A DNA stretch of 31,504 nt, taken from positions 1 to 31,504 of the IMG/VR virus record IMGVR_UViG_3300043443_000254; one strand, given 5' to 3'. This document shows positions 1 through 7,448 of this stretch, one piece after another. Position 1 is the first letter of the stretch; the number at the start of each line of letters is the position of its first letter. The notes beneath the pieces are model-generated. The model made no database searches. It saw nothing but the letters and a program-made list of their open reading frames with translations, and was not told where the DNA came from. A program made the position numbers and the translations under genes. This DNA is from a virus. Taxonomy: Duplodnaviria > Caudoviricetes.

Positions 1-692
1 GTTCTTCCTCAGTTCAGCGATAGCCTCTGTGAGCCTCTGTTTGACGATTACAGGCGGTAATCGGTAACGGCTGGCTATCATGTGTATTGTCTGCGGAACA
101 CGCCCATCTAAGCCAAGATGCAACACAACCATCTGCCGTGTCTCGTCATCAAGCCGAGATAGATGATCCATTGCGCTTCCTTCCTCCACACTTTCCATGT
201 ACTCTTCCTCGGCGCTCTGGGTTGTACCGAATACAGCAGACTCATACAGCACAAGGTCAGTGCCTTGGATGCCGTGATGCATCGAGACAGGCTCCAAGCC
301 ATGAGCCGTCCTGCACATCTCGATGGTCTCTATGGTCATTCCTGATCGTTCAGATAGTTCGGCATCAGTAGGTGGGCGCTTGAGTTCCAACTCTAACAAC
401 ACGTAGAACCTGCGCAGCTTGTGCCATTTGACAACAGCGTGTTCTGCTATACGGATTGTCCGCAGATAGTTTGATTGATAGCGTCTAAGCTTCTGATAGA
501 TCCACGGATGAGCGTAAGTGGAGAACCTTAGCCCTCGTTCAGGTTCCCACTTTTCAATGGCTCTTATGACACCTTCAACGCAGTACTGACACGCATCCAC
601 AAAGTGTTCTTTGTGCTTGATAACTTTACAAACGTCCCGGATAAATCCAAGGTTATGACGCACCATTGCATCTAGGCACTCGTCCTGCATGA
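1..692. repeat. Terminal direct repeat, left copy (pairs with 30813-31504)
   Basis: Ungapped alignment at offset 30812; about 51 mismatches by hand count in 1-565, then 566-692 (127 nt) identical. Confidence 0.95.
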
Positions 693-807
693 TGCCGTGC
701 TTCCAGCCAGAGTGGAGCAATACCATCTCATCGTGAGACAACAAACGCTCCGGGTTCCTCTGTAAGGTCCGGAGCGTCTGCCGTATGCTTGCCTTACTTG
801 GTGGCAA
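1..807 (-). CDS. Phage sigma70-family RNA polymerase sigma factor, allele A (3' end runs off the window)
   Basis: Manual translation from TTG at 807: MPPSKASIRQTLRTLQRNPERLLSHDEMVLL...MQDECLDAMVRHNLG...KWEPERGLRFSTYAHPWIYQ...ELKRPPTDAEL; sigma regions 1.2/2/3/4 recognisable. Absent from the ORF track because it has no stop inside the window. Confidence 0.85.
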   Translation of the reverse strand, partial: MPPSKASIRQTLRTLQRNPERLLSHDEMVLLHSGWKHGIMQDECLDAMVRHNLGFIRDVCKVIKHKEHFVDACQYCVEGVIRAIEKWEPERGLRFSTYAHPWIYQKLRRYQSNYLRTIRIAEHAVVKWHKLRRFYVLLELELKRPPTDAELSERSGMTIETIEMCRTAHGLEPVSMHHGIQGTDLVLYESAVFGTTQSAEEEYMESVEEGSAMDHLSRLDDETRQMVVLHLGLDGRVPQTIHMIASRYRLPPVIVKQRLTEAIAELRKN

Positions 808-809
808 GT

Positions 810-1157
810 TTAAAATTCCATCTGTAGTTGCATTTCAACTGTTTCCGTTTTGGAAATAGTTGGGACTGTATCTTCAATCCGCTCTAGATAAAAACGCCCA
901 TCAATGTTTTTGCCATCAGCCAAGATATAGCCATGCCAGAATCTTGTATCTTGCGTACGCTTACCCTTCAGTGGTTGGCACTCAAGATGATAATGCTCTG
1001 GCAATGGCTTTGCTCCTAGTTGATTGATCTGCGCCACGATGTGGGTACATGTACAAGGTCCATCAATGTCTACGATAACACCGACAGGGCCATGCTTATG
1101 TTTATAGAAATCATCCCAGCATTGGAATACTGTCCCAGGTTTCATCCATGTACTCAC
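810..1157 (-). CDS. Hypothetical protein
   Basis: 115-aa ORF, 4-nt overlap with the upstream gene, ends 2 nt before the sigma start. Confidence 0.65.
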   Translation of the reverse strand: MSTWMKPGTVFQCWDDFYKHKHGPVGVIVDIDGPCTCTHIVAQINQLGAKPLPEHYHLECQPLKGKRTQDTRFWHGYILADGKNIDGRFYLERIEDTVPTISKTETVEMQLQMEF

Positions 1158-1462
1158 TTGACACCGTTAGCCTTGAGCATCGCTGGCTTTGTTTCCCACT
1201 CATACCGGATGGCATCACGGGTAGCAGAAACTAACATCAGGAACAACAGCACCGTAAGCGCAGTAATAACACCAGCCTTGATGCTGTCCTTGATTGCTTT
1301 CTTACGTCCAAGGTATGCAGCTCGGTTAGCATCCAAGGCATTCTGCCGATTCCTCTTATTGATTTCCAAAGTCTGGAAGTGCCGCCATTCTGCCAACCGG
1401 CAAGCCGTACACATCTTGTCTGTATCTTCTACGCTGTTCCCACATTCGTTGCATCGTCGCAT
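1154..1462 (-). CDS. Zn-ribbon (CxxC...CxxC) protein with C-terminal transmembrane helix
   Basis: CNEC...CTAC; hydrophobic AGVITALTVLLFLMLVSA; AGGAG RBS upstream. Confidence 0.7.
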   Translation of the reverse strand: MRRCNECGNSVEDTDKMCTACRLAEWRHFQTLEINKRNRQNALDANRAAYLGRKKAIKDSIKAGVITALTVLLFLMLVSATRDAIRYEWETKPAMLKANGVK

Positions 1463-1487
1463 CTTCTTATCTCCTAACTATCTCTAA

Positions 1488-1712
1488 CTATTCGCCCGGT
1501 TGCTCTGGTGCTTCCGGTGCTTTGCCCTTGCGGAGTGTCCTACGCAACATCAGCTGCTTAGATAGTTCCGCAGGATCCATGTCCATCGCCTCTGCGAGCT
1601 TCAAAAGACTCGTATCACTAGGGGCCTTTTTACCTGTCATGTAATCGCTGATGCGGGGCTGGGTGTAACCAGTCCGCCGTGCCAGCTCGTTTTGGGTCAA
1701 TCCTCTAATCAT
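1488..1712 (-). CDS. XRE/Cro-CI family HTH transcriptional regulator (start revised to ATG 1712, probably leaderless)
   Basis: RGLTQNELARRTGYTQPRISDYMTGKKAPSDTSLLKLAEAM is a classic HTH_3 pattern; ATG lies 5 nt after a TACAAT -10 box, with no RBS. Confidence 0.88.
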   Translation of the reverse strand: MIRGLTQNELARRTGYTQPRISDYMTGKKAPSDTSLLKLAEAMDMDPAELSKQLMLRRTLRKGKAPEAPEQPGE

Positions 1713-1717
1713 GCACC

Positions 1718-1779
1718 ATTGTATATACACACTTAGTATATTGTCAATACTTGACATATACACCTTTAGAATATATTAT
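1718..1779. promoter_or_regulatory. Back-to-back divergent sigma70-type promoters with two operators
   Basis: Leftward TTGACA(1747-1742)-18-TACAAT(1723-1718); rightward TTGACA(1751-1756)-17-TATTAT(1774-1779); 19-bp palindromes at 1722-1740 and 1757-1775. Confidence 0.8.
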
Positions 1780-1810
1780 TGATGTGTACCACGGGGTACA
1801 GGAGATAACG

Positions 1811-2050
1811 ATGACACTTTTTAGACAAGCCTACACTATGGTTGAAGATGCCGACGAAGAAGGCAAAACCATCACGGCTCACGGTTTGAAAACTTCTCAC
1901 GAGCTGACGTTGGATCAAGCCCAAGACTGGCTCATCTACGAGCGTGACAGGAACAGTAAGTTTTTCATCGAAGGCAACCTAATCAAGTTCAACGACAAAA
2001 CCGTTTGGATCAGCATCACTGATCCAGATACAGAGGGAGATAAAGAATGA
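1811..2050 (+). CDS. Hypothetical early protein (start revised to ATG 1811)
   Basis: CAGGAG RBS at 1799-1804; overlaps the start of the ERF gene. Confidence 0.7.
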   Translation: MTLFRQAYTMVEDADEEGKTITAHGLKTSHELTLDQAQDWLIYERDRNSKFFIEGNLIKFNDKTVWISITDPDTEGDKE

Positions 2051-2526
2051 CAAGTAGCGAAACCATAGGGGCTATTGCCCCTTCACTTATCAAGGCACAA
2101 AGCCGGATGCAAGGCATCAGCAAGGAAGGCACTAACCCCGCCTTCCGTTCCAAGTACGTCACCCTTGACAGTATCTTGGACGCTCTGCGCCCTATCCTGA
2201 CGGCTAACGACCTGATGCTTACACAAGGCACTACAGACACCAACGTCACAGATGGCAAGGTTGTAGCGATTACAGTAGAGAGCCGAATCATCCATACAAG
2301 CGGTGAATGGATCAGCACCACGGCAACCATTCCAGTTACTAAGCCTGATGCACACGGTCTGGGTTCTGCACTCACTTACGGTAGGCGCTACTCGGTGTCT
2401 GCACTCCTAGCGATATCAGCTGATGAGGATGACGATGCAAACGGAGCAACCAATCAGCTGCCACGGGGACCGCAAGGCAACATCGTTATTTCTGAGCCTA
2501 TCAAGCCGAGAGGTTTACAACGATGA
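2047..2526 (+). CDS. erf: ERF-family single-strand annealing protein
   Basis: KEGTNPAFRSKYVTLDSIL and GSALTYGRRYSVSALLAISADEDDDAN match the ERF signature. Confidence 0.9.
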   Translation: MTSSETIGAIAPSLIKAQSRMQGISKEGTNPAFRSKYVTLDSILDALRPILTANDLMLTQGTTDTNVTDGKVVAITVESRIIHTSGEWISTTATIPVTKPDAHGLGSALTYGRRYSVSALLAISADEDDDANGATNQLPRGPQGNIVISEPIKPRGLQR

Positions 2527-2741
2527 GATTTGGGGCAGTGTATACAAGACTGCTTGAGGGTTTGAGCATCAGGCGCAAAGCATGGGAGCCGGGCTGTTAT
2601 GTCCGGTTCTCTGACATCGGAGAAAAGAACTTGATCATGTACAGGGCTAACGGTAACCGACACGCTTGGTGTCCTGCCATCGATGACCTGTACGACCGAC
2701 AGATTCAAGAAGCAAGGGAAGATTGGGAGGTAATTAGATAA
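2523..2741 (+). CDS. DUF2829/Tad2-like protein (copy 1)
   Basis: MRFG...LLEGLSIRRKAW...AWCPAIDDL...EDWEVI fits the DUF2829 pattern MxFxxAlxxLxxGxxvxRxxW...WxPsxxDlxAxDW. Confidence 0.7.
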   Translation: MRFGAVYTRLLEGLSIRRKAWEPGCYVRFSDIGEKNLIMYRANGNRHAWCPAIDDLYDRQIQEAREDWEVIR

Positions 2742-3286
2742 TGAAATTCGACATCATAGATGGCGAGCTGTGGGACGAAGAGACCGGCGAGTATGCCGGT
2801 CCAGCATCTGGCTGGATAACAGGTGAGGAATCACCAGAAGATCTCGCACTACTGGTCATGCGGAAGCGGATGGACATCGAGGCAGCCATAGATGCCGAGA
2901 CAGCAAAGATGCACGCCATCTTGGCAAACTGCCAAGCCATCATCGGTAAGCAATCAAGACGGCTTGACTGGTTACAAAGGCAGTACGATGCACAGCTGAA
3001 AGAATACGCACTGAGTCAACTACCACGCAAAGCCGATGGCACATTGAAAGCCAAGACATGGACATGCCCCTATGGCACGATAACGTTTAGATCGCTCGCA
3101 TCAAAAATCAAGATTGTAGATGGACAAGAAGAAGAGGTTGTAGCCTACCTGCTAGAACATCATCCAGAAGCAGTCAAAACAAAGCACTCAGTACTGGTTA
3201 GTATGCTTAGTGATGTTACGCTTGAGAAAGTGCCCGGTATTGAGATAATCCCGGCTACCGAGGCGGTAACGATAAAAACTGTTTGA
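2741..3286 (+). CDS. Mu Gam-like host-nuclease inhibitor / Gp157-like protein
   Basis: N-terminal coiled coil followed by KTWTCPYGTITFRS...PEAVKTK...VPGIEI; adjacent to erf. Confidence 0.65.
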   Translation: MKFDIIDGELWDEETGEYAGPASGWITGEESPEDLALLVMRKRMDIEAAIDAETAKMHAILANCQAIIGKQSRRLDWLQRQYDAQLKEYALSQLPRKADGTLKAKTWTCPYGTITFRSLASKIKIVDGQEEEVVAYLLEHHPEAVKTKHSVLVSMLSDVTLEKVPGIEIIPATEAVTIKTV

Positions 3287-3327
3287 CAAACTATCCGCAC
3301 TGGGTGTATATTCTCAGTGCGGGTATA
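3283..3327 (+). promoter_or_regulatory. Sigma70-type promoter with two tandem operators
   Basis: TTGACA(3283-3288)-18-TATATT(3307-3312); palindromes 3292-3310 and 3309-3327; GGGAG RBS before ATG 3347. Confidence 0.7.
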
Positions 3328-3346
3328 TACCGTAGGGAGATAGAAG

Positions 3347-3679
3347 ATGGAAGTATTAGATAACGTTTACACGATGGAAAGACTGGAATCAGTCCTCCGC
3401 AAAGACCACACGACATTCGAGAGCATTGAGATTGACTTTGATTCAATGTGGAGCGAGCAAGCAGGTGCATGGATCTACACTCGCAAAATCTGCGTAGCCA
3501 TCCACAACCTCCGCCGTACGCTCTGGTTCACGACCTGCAAAGGTTCCTTGCAAAGCGTAACCTACAGCAGCGGTGGTGTAGACATCATCATCGGAATCGA
3601 CCAGTTCACATTCGGGGCTCCTGATGACTGGGAAATCAGAAAGTGGATTGGCGAGATGGCAAGTCAGTTGATGCCATAA
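3347..3679 (+). CDS. Hypothetical early protein
   Basis: 110-aa ORF with its own promoter and RBS. Confidence 0.75.
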   Translation: MEVLDNVYTMERLESVLRKDHTTFESIEIDFDSMWSEQAGAWIYTRKICVAIHNLRRTLWFTTCKGSLQSVTYSSGGVDIIIGIDQFTFGAPDDWEIRKWIGEMASQLMP

Positions 3680-3739
3680 GGTAGAATCAAGCACCCGCAA
3701 GGGAAATCAAAACAACTACAAACGGTGCTTGGAAAGCGT

Positions 3740-3771
3740 AAGGCCACCCCTCGAAAGAAGGGTGGTCTTTT
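3740..3771 (+). terminator. Intrinsic terminator of the rightward early unit
   Basis: GGCCACCC(3742-3749)/GGGTGGTC(3760-3767) stem followed by TTTT. Confidence 0.7.
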
Positions 3772-3836
3772 GCTGTCAACTTGTAAGGATTTCTTACAAG
3801 TTCAAGTGGTTAGTTCCAAAATGGAAACACCCACTC

Positions 3837-3884
3837 AAAAAGAGACCCGGCAGTTTGAGCATCTAAGAGAGGCTTGCCGGGTTC
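3837..3884 (-). terminator. Probable intrinsic terminator after the endolysin gene
   Basis: ACCCGGCA(3845-3852)/TGCCGGGT(3875-3882) stem, followed on the - strand by CTCTTTTT. Confidence 0.55.
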
Positions 3885-3895
3885 GTTGCTTGATA

Positions 3896-4432
3896 CTACC
3901 AGTCTATGGAAACAAAGCCACCGTTTGCTCCAAGCTCGCGCCATGCTCTAGCCTTGCGGTAGACACCGTCACCTTCACGCTCTGGCTTGTCTTCGTCTTC
4001 CATTTCAGGGGATGTATTGCCCTCTACGGTCTTGACTCCCCAAGGGAATACCCCGGTAACGATACCAATGTGAGCCAGCCTGTTCAGCGGTGCAAACCAA
4101 AAACAGCACAGGTCACCAATCCTGACTTTTGAAGGATCCATTTGTGCATCATTGACCGATAGCCAGTTCTTGGTTTTCCTTGCCCAGTTACCATGGTCGG
4201 GACAGTAAGCCGAGCGTGGCCAGTCAGCAGGGATTGTTAGGGCTAGGTCGTGAGCTGCATTCCGTAGCCGGTACACCACAAAGGCGGCACACCAAGGGCT
4301 ACCGGGGGGCACAGGTGGGATGGTGGATGCTTGGTAGACTTCAACAGCCTTGCCCCTGTTGTCGCCAACTTCCTGCACACCAACATTGTCAATGGCTTCT
4401 TTAGCTGCTCTAAGTGCGATAGGTCTATTCAT
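3896..4432 (-). CDS. Endolysin, CHAP-domain cysteine peptidase/amidase
   Basis: SPWCAAFV (catalytic Cys), AHIGIV (His), TVEGNT motif; last gene of the late unit. Confidence 0.88.
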   Translation of the reverse strand: MNRPIALRAAKEAIDNVGVQEVGDNRGKAVEVYQASTIPPVPPGSPWCAAFVVYRLRNAAHDLALTIPADWPRSAYCPDHGNWARKTKNWLSVNDAQMDPSKVRIGDLCCFWFAPLNRLAHIGIVTGVFPWGVKTVEGNTSPEMEDEDKPEREGDGVYRKARAWRELGANGGFVSIDW

Positions 4433-4518
4433 AGTGATATATTCCTTTTGTCGATCTTATCTCCCGACACGGTGGGCAGTCTCCCTTCTGCATCTTCGCT
4501 GCCCACCACCCCTTCCTT

Positions 4519-7446
4519 CTAACTCCAAGTTTCTCCATCATCGATACTGCTGATTTGGATTAGGCTGTTTCCACCATCTCGGTAGTATCCGTACCAAACA
4601 CCAAGCCTCCAAGCAATCGCCGTTTTGCCTTGGTTTACACCTCCACTGACAATCACACTACCAGCGGTGATAACGTTGCCCTGTGGGTCGTATATGACCC
4701 TGTAGAGGTCTCCTGAGTGGTGATATAGGACGATTCTTTTTCCCATGGGATTGATTGCCACGCTGGCATCATCACCTGAACCTGTTACTGTTACTGCCAC
4801 GCTGACATTCACCCCCTCGTCATCTGTGTAATAGCTCTTGATGTCGTTAGCTGACCCTTCAACAACGATGTACAGCCTACCGATAGCACTGGTCGGATCA
4901 TAGGCAATATGGACGCAGGAACAATCGGTGATACTCGTTGTCTGCATGACCCAGTTGGTAGCGTTTGGACCATCCGCAAAGTGCAAGGCAATAGAGCCAG
5001 ACTCGACTACCGCATAGCACATCCGCTGGTTAGGAGCTACAGCAGCACTTACACACGTTCCTGCCAGTTGCTGTTCACGAAACCAGACTCTAAACCTATG
5101 GCTTGTGTGAAGCGGTAGAAGTCCAACCGTGTCACCGCTGAAGTTAACGTCGTGGTTGCTTTCACCAAGCCCCCAAGGAGTGGACGTGTAATACCGCCCT
5201 TCGGCATCTATCGTGCTATCTGTGCCACGGTTTGCGCTTGTGGATGCAAGCAGTAGATCAACAGTGCCCGTGGTTAGAGGGTCACCCGCATTGTCAAGCA
5301 AAGCGCCATGAGCAATGCCACGGAGCAAACTTCCAGCCGGTAAGTACAATCCGGAATCAGTACCGCCATTAACATCGAACGGGTCATTCAAGTCCGGAGG
5401 GAAGTTACCATTGATGCGGTCAAAGAGCGTCTGGGCTGTAATAGTGCCTTGTGCTAACTGATGCCCGTATGCAAAGTCTGTACCGCTTGTTGCGTTAGGC
5501 GTGGCAAGAATACCGCCACCTCTTAGCCATGTAGAGTAACCAGTAACGCCGTTTAGGAAACAATCTCTGAGCGGTGGTTGGCTTACAGAACAAGTAGCAC
5601 CAGCGGGATAGGCCACCGAGTAGGTTGCAGTCCAGCCGGGATGCCGAACGATGGAAACATCTGATGCATTGATCTGGTCGCACAGCTCGCTAATCGTTAC
5701 CGGATCTACGCTGTAGGTAGTAACACCCGTTGCACCTCCTACGGTCTTCTGCCACCAGACATCGGACTCTTCTTCGGTTCGCCCGTCTCTATCTTGTTGC
5801 CAGAAACGTCTGCCGTAGTAGTAGGTCGTTGTGTCGGCTTCCGAAACGATAGCAGGTGTAATGCGCTCGAACTGAGCCGTAAAGGAATCCGGGACGTAAG
5901 TAGAATCTGTGTTCGTGTATACAAGCGTGGTAGTACCGATGTCAATGCTTCCGGTTTGTACTCGTAACCGCTGGCAGGACGTGATGCCCCAGTAAGCCGA
6001 GTCTACGCTCTCACTTCCTGCGTAGCTGCTCGATGCCGTGTTCTTGCGTGGGTACGGGTTGTCCTTGTTATCGGTTGCCGGAGTAGCACCAAGGCTCCAA
6101 GTATCAGGAGAGCAAAGGTCAAGTGTAACGGTACTGTATGAGGTCGTAGGAGCCACAACCTGCCATCTTTTCCAGTTGCCGTGGTAATCGGTCAACTCGA
6201 TGGTTCCCGTTGCGTTAGTGCCTGATTGCGCTTTTATCTGTATCTGTAGATATCGATAACCGCTCATGCCTTCGTATGGTGCGTAGGTTCTATCGTTGCC
6301 TGTACCGGCTATGCTTCTGTTGTTAGTCTCGGAAATAGACCAGCCATTGAAGCGCCAACCACGGAACAGTACACGGTTGTCTGTGCTACTGTCTCCGTTG
6401 GTTGTTAGACCACTGCCGGATAGTTCAGCCGATATCCAAGACGGCACATCATTGAGAGATGTACTCAAAGTGTCTGTGCCGTAATCTGGGTCTGTTAGCA
6501 CCGTAGTGGTGCTGTAGTTGCTTAGAGTGTCCGTAGCCCCGTATGAGCCACCAGAAGAGCCTACAGTACGTGTTCCGCCATCATAGCCTGTAACCACAAC
6601 ATTTAGAGCATCTGGATATGCTCCTTCCCAAGCACGAATCCTGCCAGCAATGGAAACATTACGATCTAAGCAAGAAGAAGTACTAATCGTTCCGCTGGCT
6701 CCCGTATAGATACCGAATGCGTCCACTCCACCTTGTACGTGCATTGTCCATTCCGTGGCACTCTGATTGTGGAATGTATGGCTATGGCTGATGTCGTGTA
6801 CCGCTGTGCCATTGACCTTTACAAGGCTTACCGCAAAGTCATGGGCAGAAGGTCCAACACTACTACTTTCTGAGCTTAGAGATGCCGTGTAGTTTGCTGT
6901 TACTCTGGACAAAGCAGCAGCCGATACGCTAACGCTTCCACCACCAGCGGATAGGCTACAAGACGCTGTAGCCCCAGATGTGGTCTTCTCGTACCAAGTG
7001 TAGGAGGTTAGGCTCGGAAACCGTGTTGGTGCGCTAGAAGACGAAAAAGAATCCTCAGCAATGTCCCACAACTTATCCACGCTAACAGATGCGGAGAAGT
7101 CACCAGCAACCGTAGCCGTAACGTCTTTGTATAGCGTCGTGCCACCTTCAGTAGCTGATGAGATTACAACGTAGTTTGTAGCCGTTGACCCGTGTCCATT
7201 GTTGACCGTGATATTGGCTCTAAGTTCCCACGACCAAGGAGAACCAGGAGCAGTACCTACAACATTGGTTGCAATGGTCAGCGATGCCGAGAATCCAAGA
7301 TGCCCGGAGAATGTAAAGTTAGTAGCCTTGTATTGCCAGTCAACATCAGGAGGAACAACCGTGTATGGATTCCAGACTCTAACCTGTACATCTTGTGTAT
7401 GGCTCATTGTGAGCGTGGCTGTACGCGTACCGTCAAGGTATGGCAT
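4519..7446 (-). CDS. Large minor tail / receptor-binding protein
   Basis: 975 aa, Ser/Thr/Gly-rich beta protein downstream of the tape measure; C-terminal Asp-box-like motifs (TDDEG, SIDDGETWS). Confidence 0.65.
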   Translation of the reverse strand: MPYLDGTRTATLTMSHTQDVQVRVWNPYTVVPPDVDWQYKATNFTFSGHLGFSASLTIATNVVGTAPGSPWSWELRANITVNNGHGSTATNYVVISSATEGGTTLYKDVTATVAGDFSASVSVDKLWDIAEDSFSSSSAPTRFPSLTSYTWYEKTTSGATASCSLSAGGGSVSVSAAALSRVTANYTASLSSESSSVGPSAHDFAVSLVKVNGTAVHDISHSHTFHNQSATEWTMHVQGGVDAFGIYTGASGTISTSSCLDRNVSIAGRIRAWEGAYPDALNVVVTGYDGGTRTVGSSGGSYGATDTLSNYSTTTVLTDPDYGTDTLSTSLNDVPSWISAELSGSGLTTNGDSSTDNRVLFRGWRFNGWSISETNNRSIAGTGNDRTYAPYEGMSGYRYLQIQIKAQSGTNATGTIELTDYHGNWKRWQVVAPTTSYSTVTLDLCSPDTWSLGATPATDNKDNPYPRKNTASSSYAGSESVDSAYWGITSCQRLRVQTGSIDIGTTTLVYTNTDSTYVPDSFTAQFERITPAIVSEADTTTYYYGRRFWQQDRDGRTEEESDVWWQKTVGGATGVTTYSVDPVTISELCDQINASDVSIVRHPGWTATYSVAYPAGATCSVSQPPLRDCFLNGVTGYSTWLRGGGILATPNATSGTDFAYGHQLAQGTITAQTLFDRINGNFPPDLNDPFDVNGGTDSGLYLPAGSLLRGIAHGALLDNAGDPLTTGTVDLLLASTSANRGTDSTIDAEGRYYTSTPWGLGESNHDVNFSGDTVGLLPLHTSHRFRVWFREQQLAGTCVSAAVAPNQRMCYAVVESGSIALHFADGPNATNWVMQTTSITDCSCVHIAYDPTSAIGRLYIVVEGSANDIKSYYTDDEGVNVSVAVTVTGSGDDASVAINPMGKRIVLYHHSGDLYRVIYDPQGNVITAGSVIVSGGVNQGKTAIAWRLGVWYGYYRDGGNSLIQISSIDDGETWS

Positions 7447-7448
7447 GG

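Noticed and set aside
1-692. Physical terminal repeats, or a DGR template/variable repeat pair
   Set aside because: Differences are mostly synonymous and not adenine-specific, no reverse transcriptase is present, and the exact match length (127) suggests assembly overlap.
4471-4507. 9-bp GC hairpin between the last tail gene and the endolysin as a terminator
   Set aside because: No U-tract on the coding strand; may be a stability or processing element, but the evidence is insufficient.
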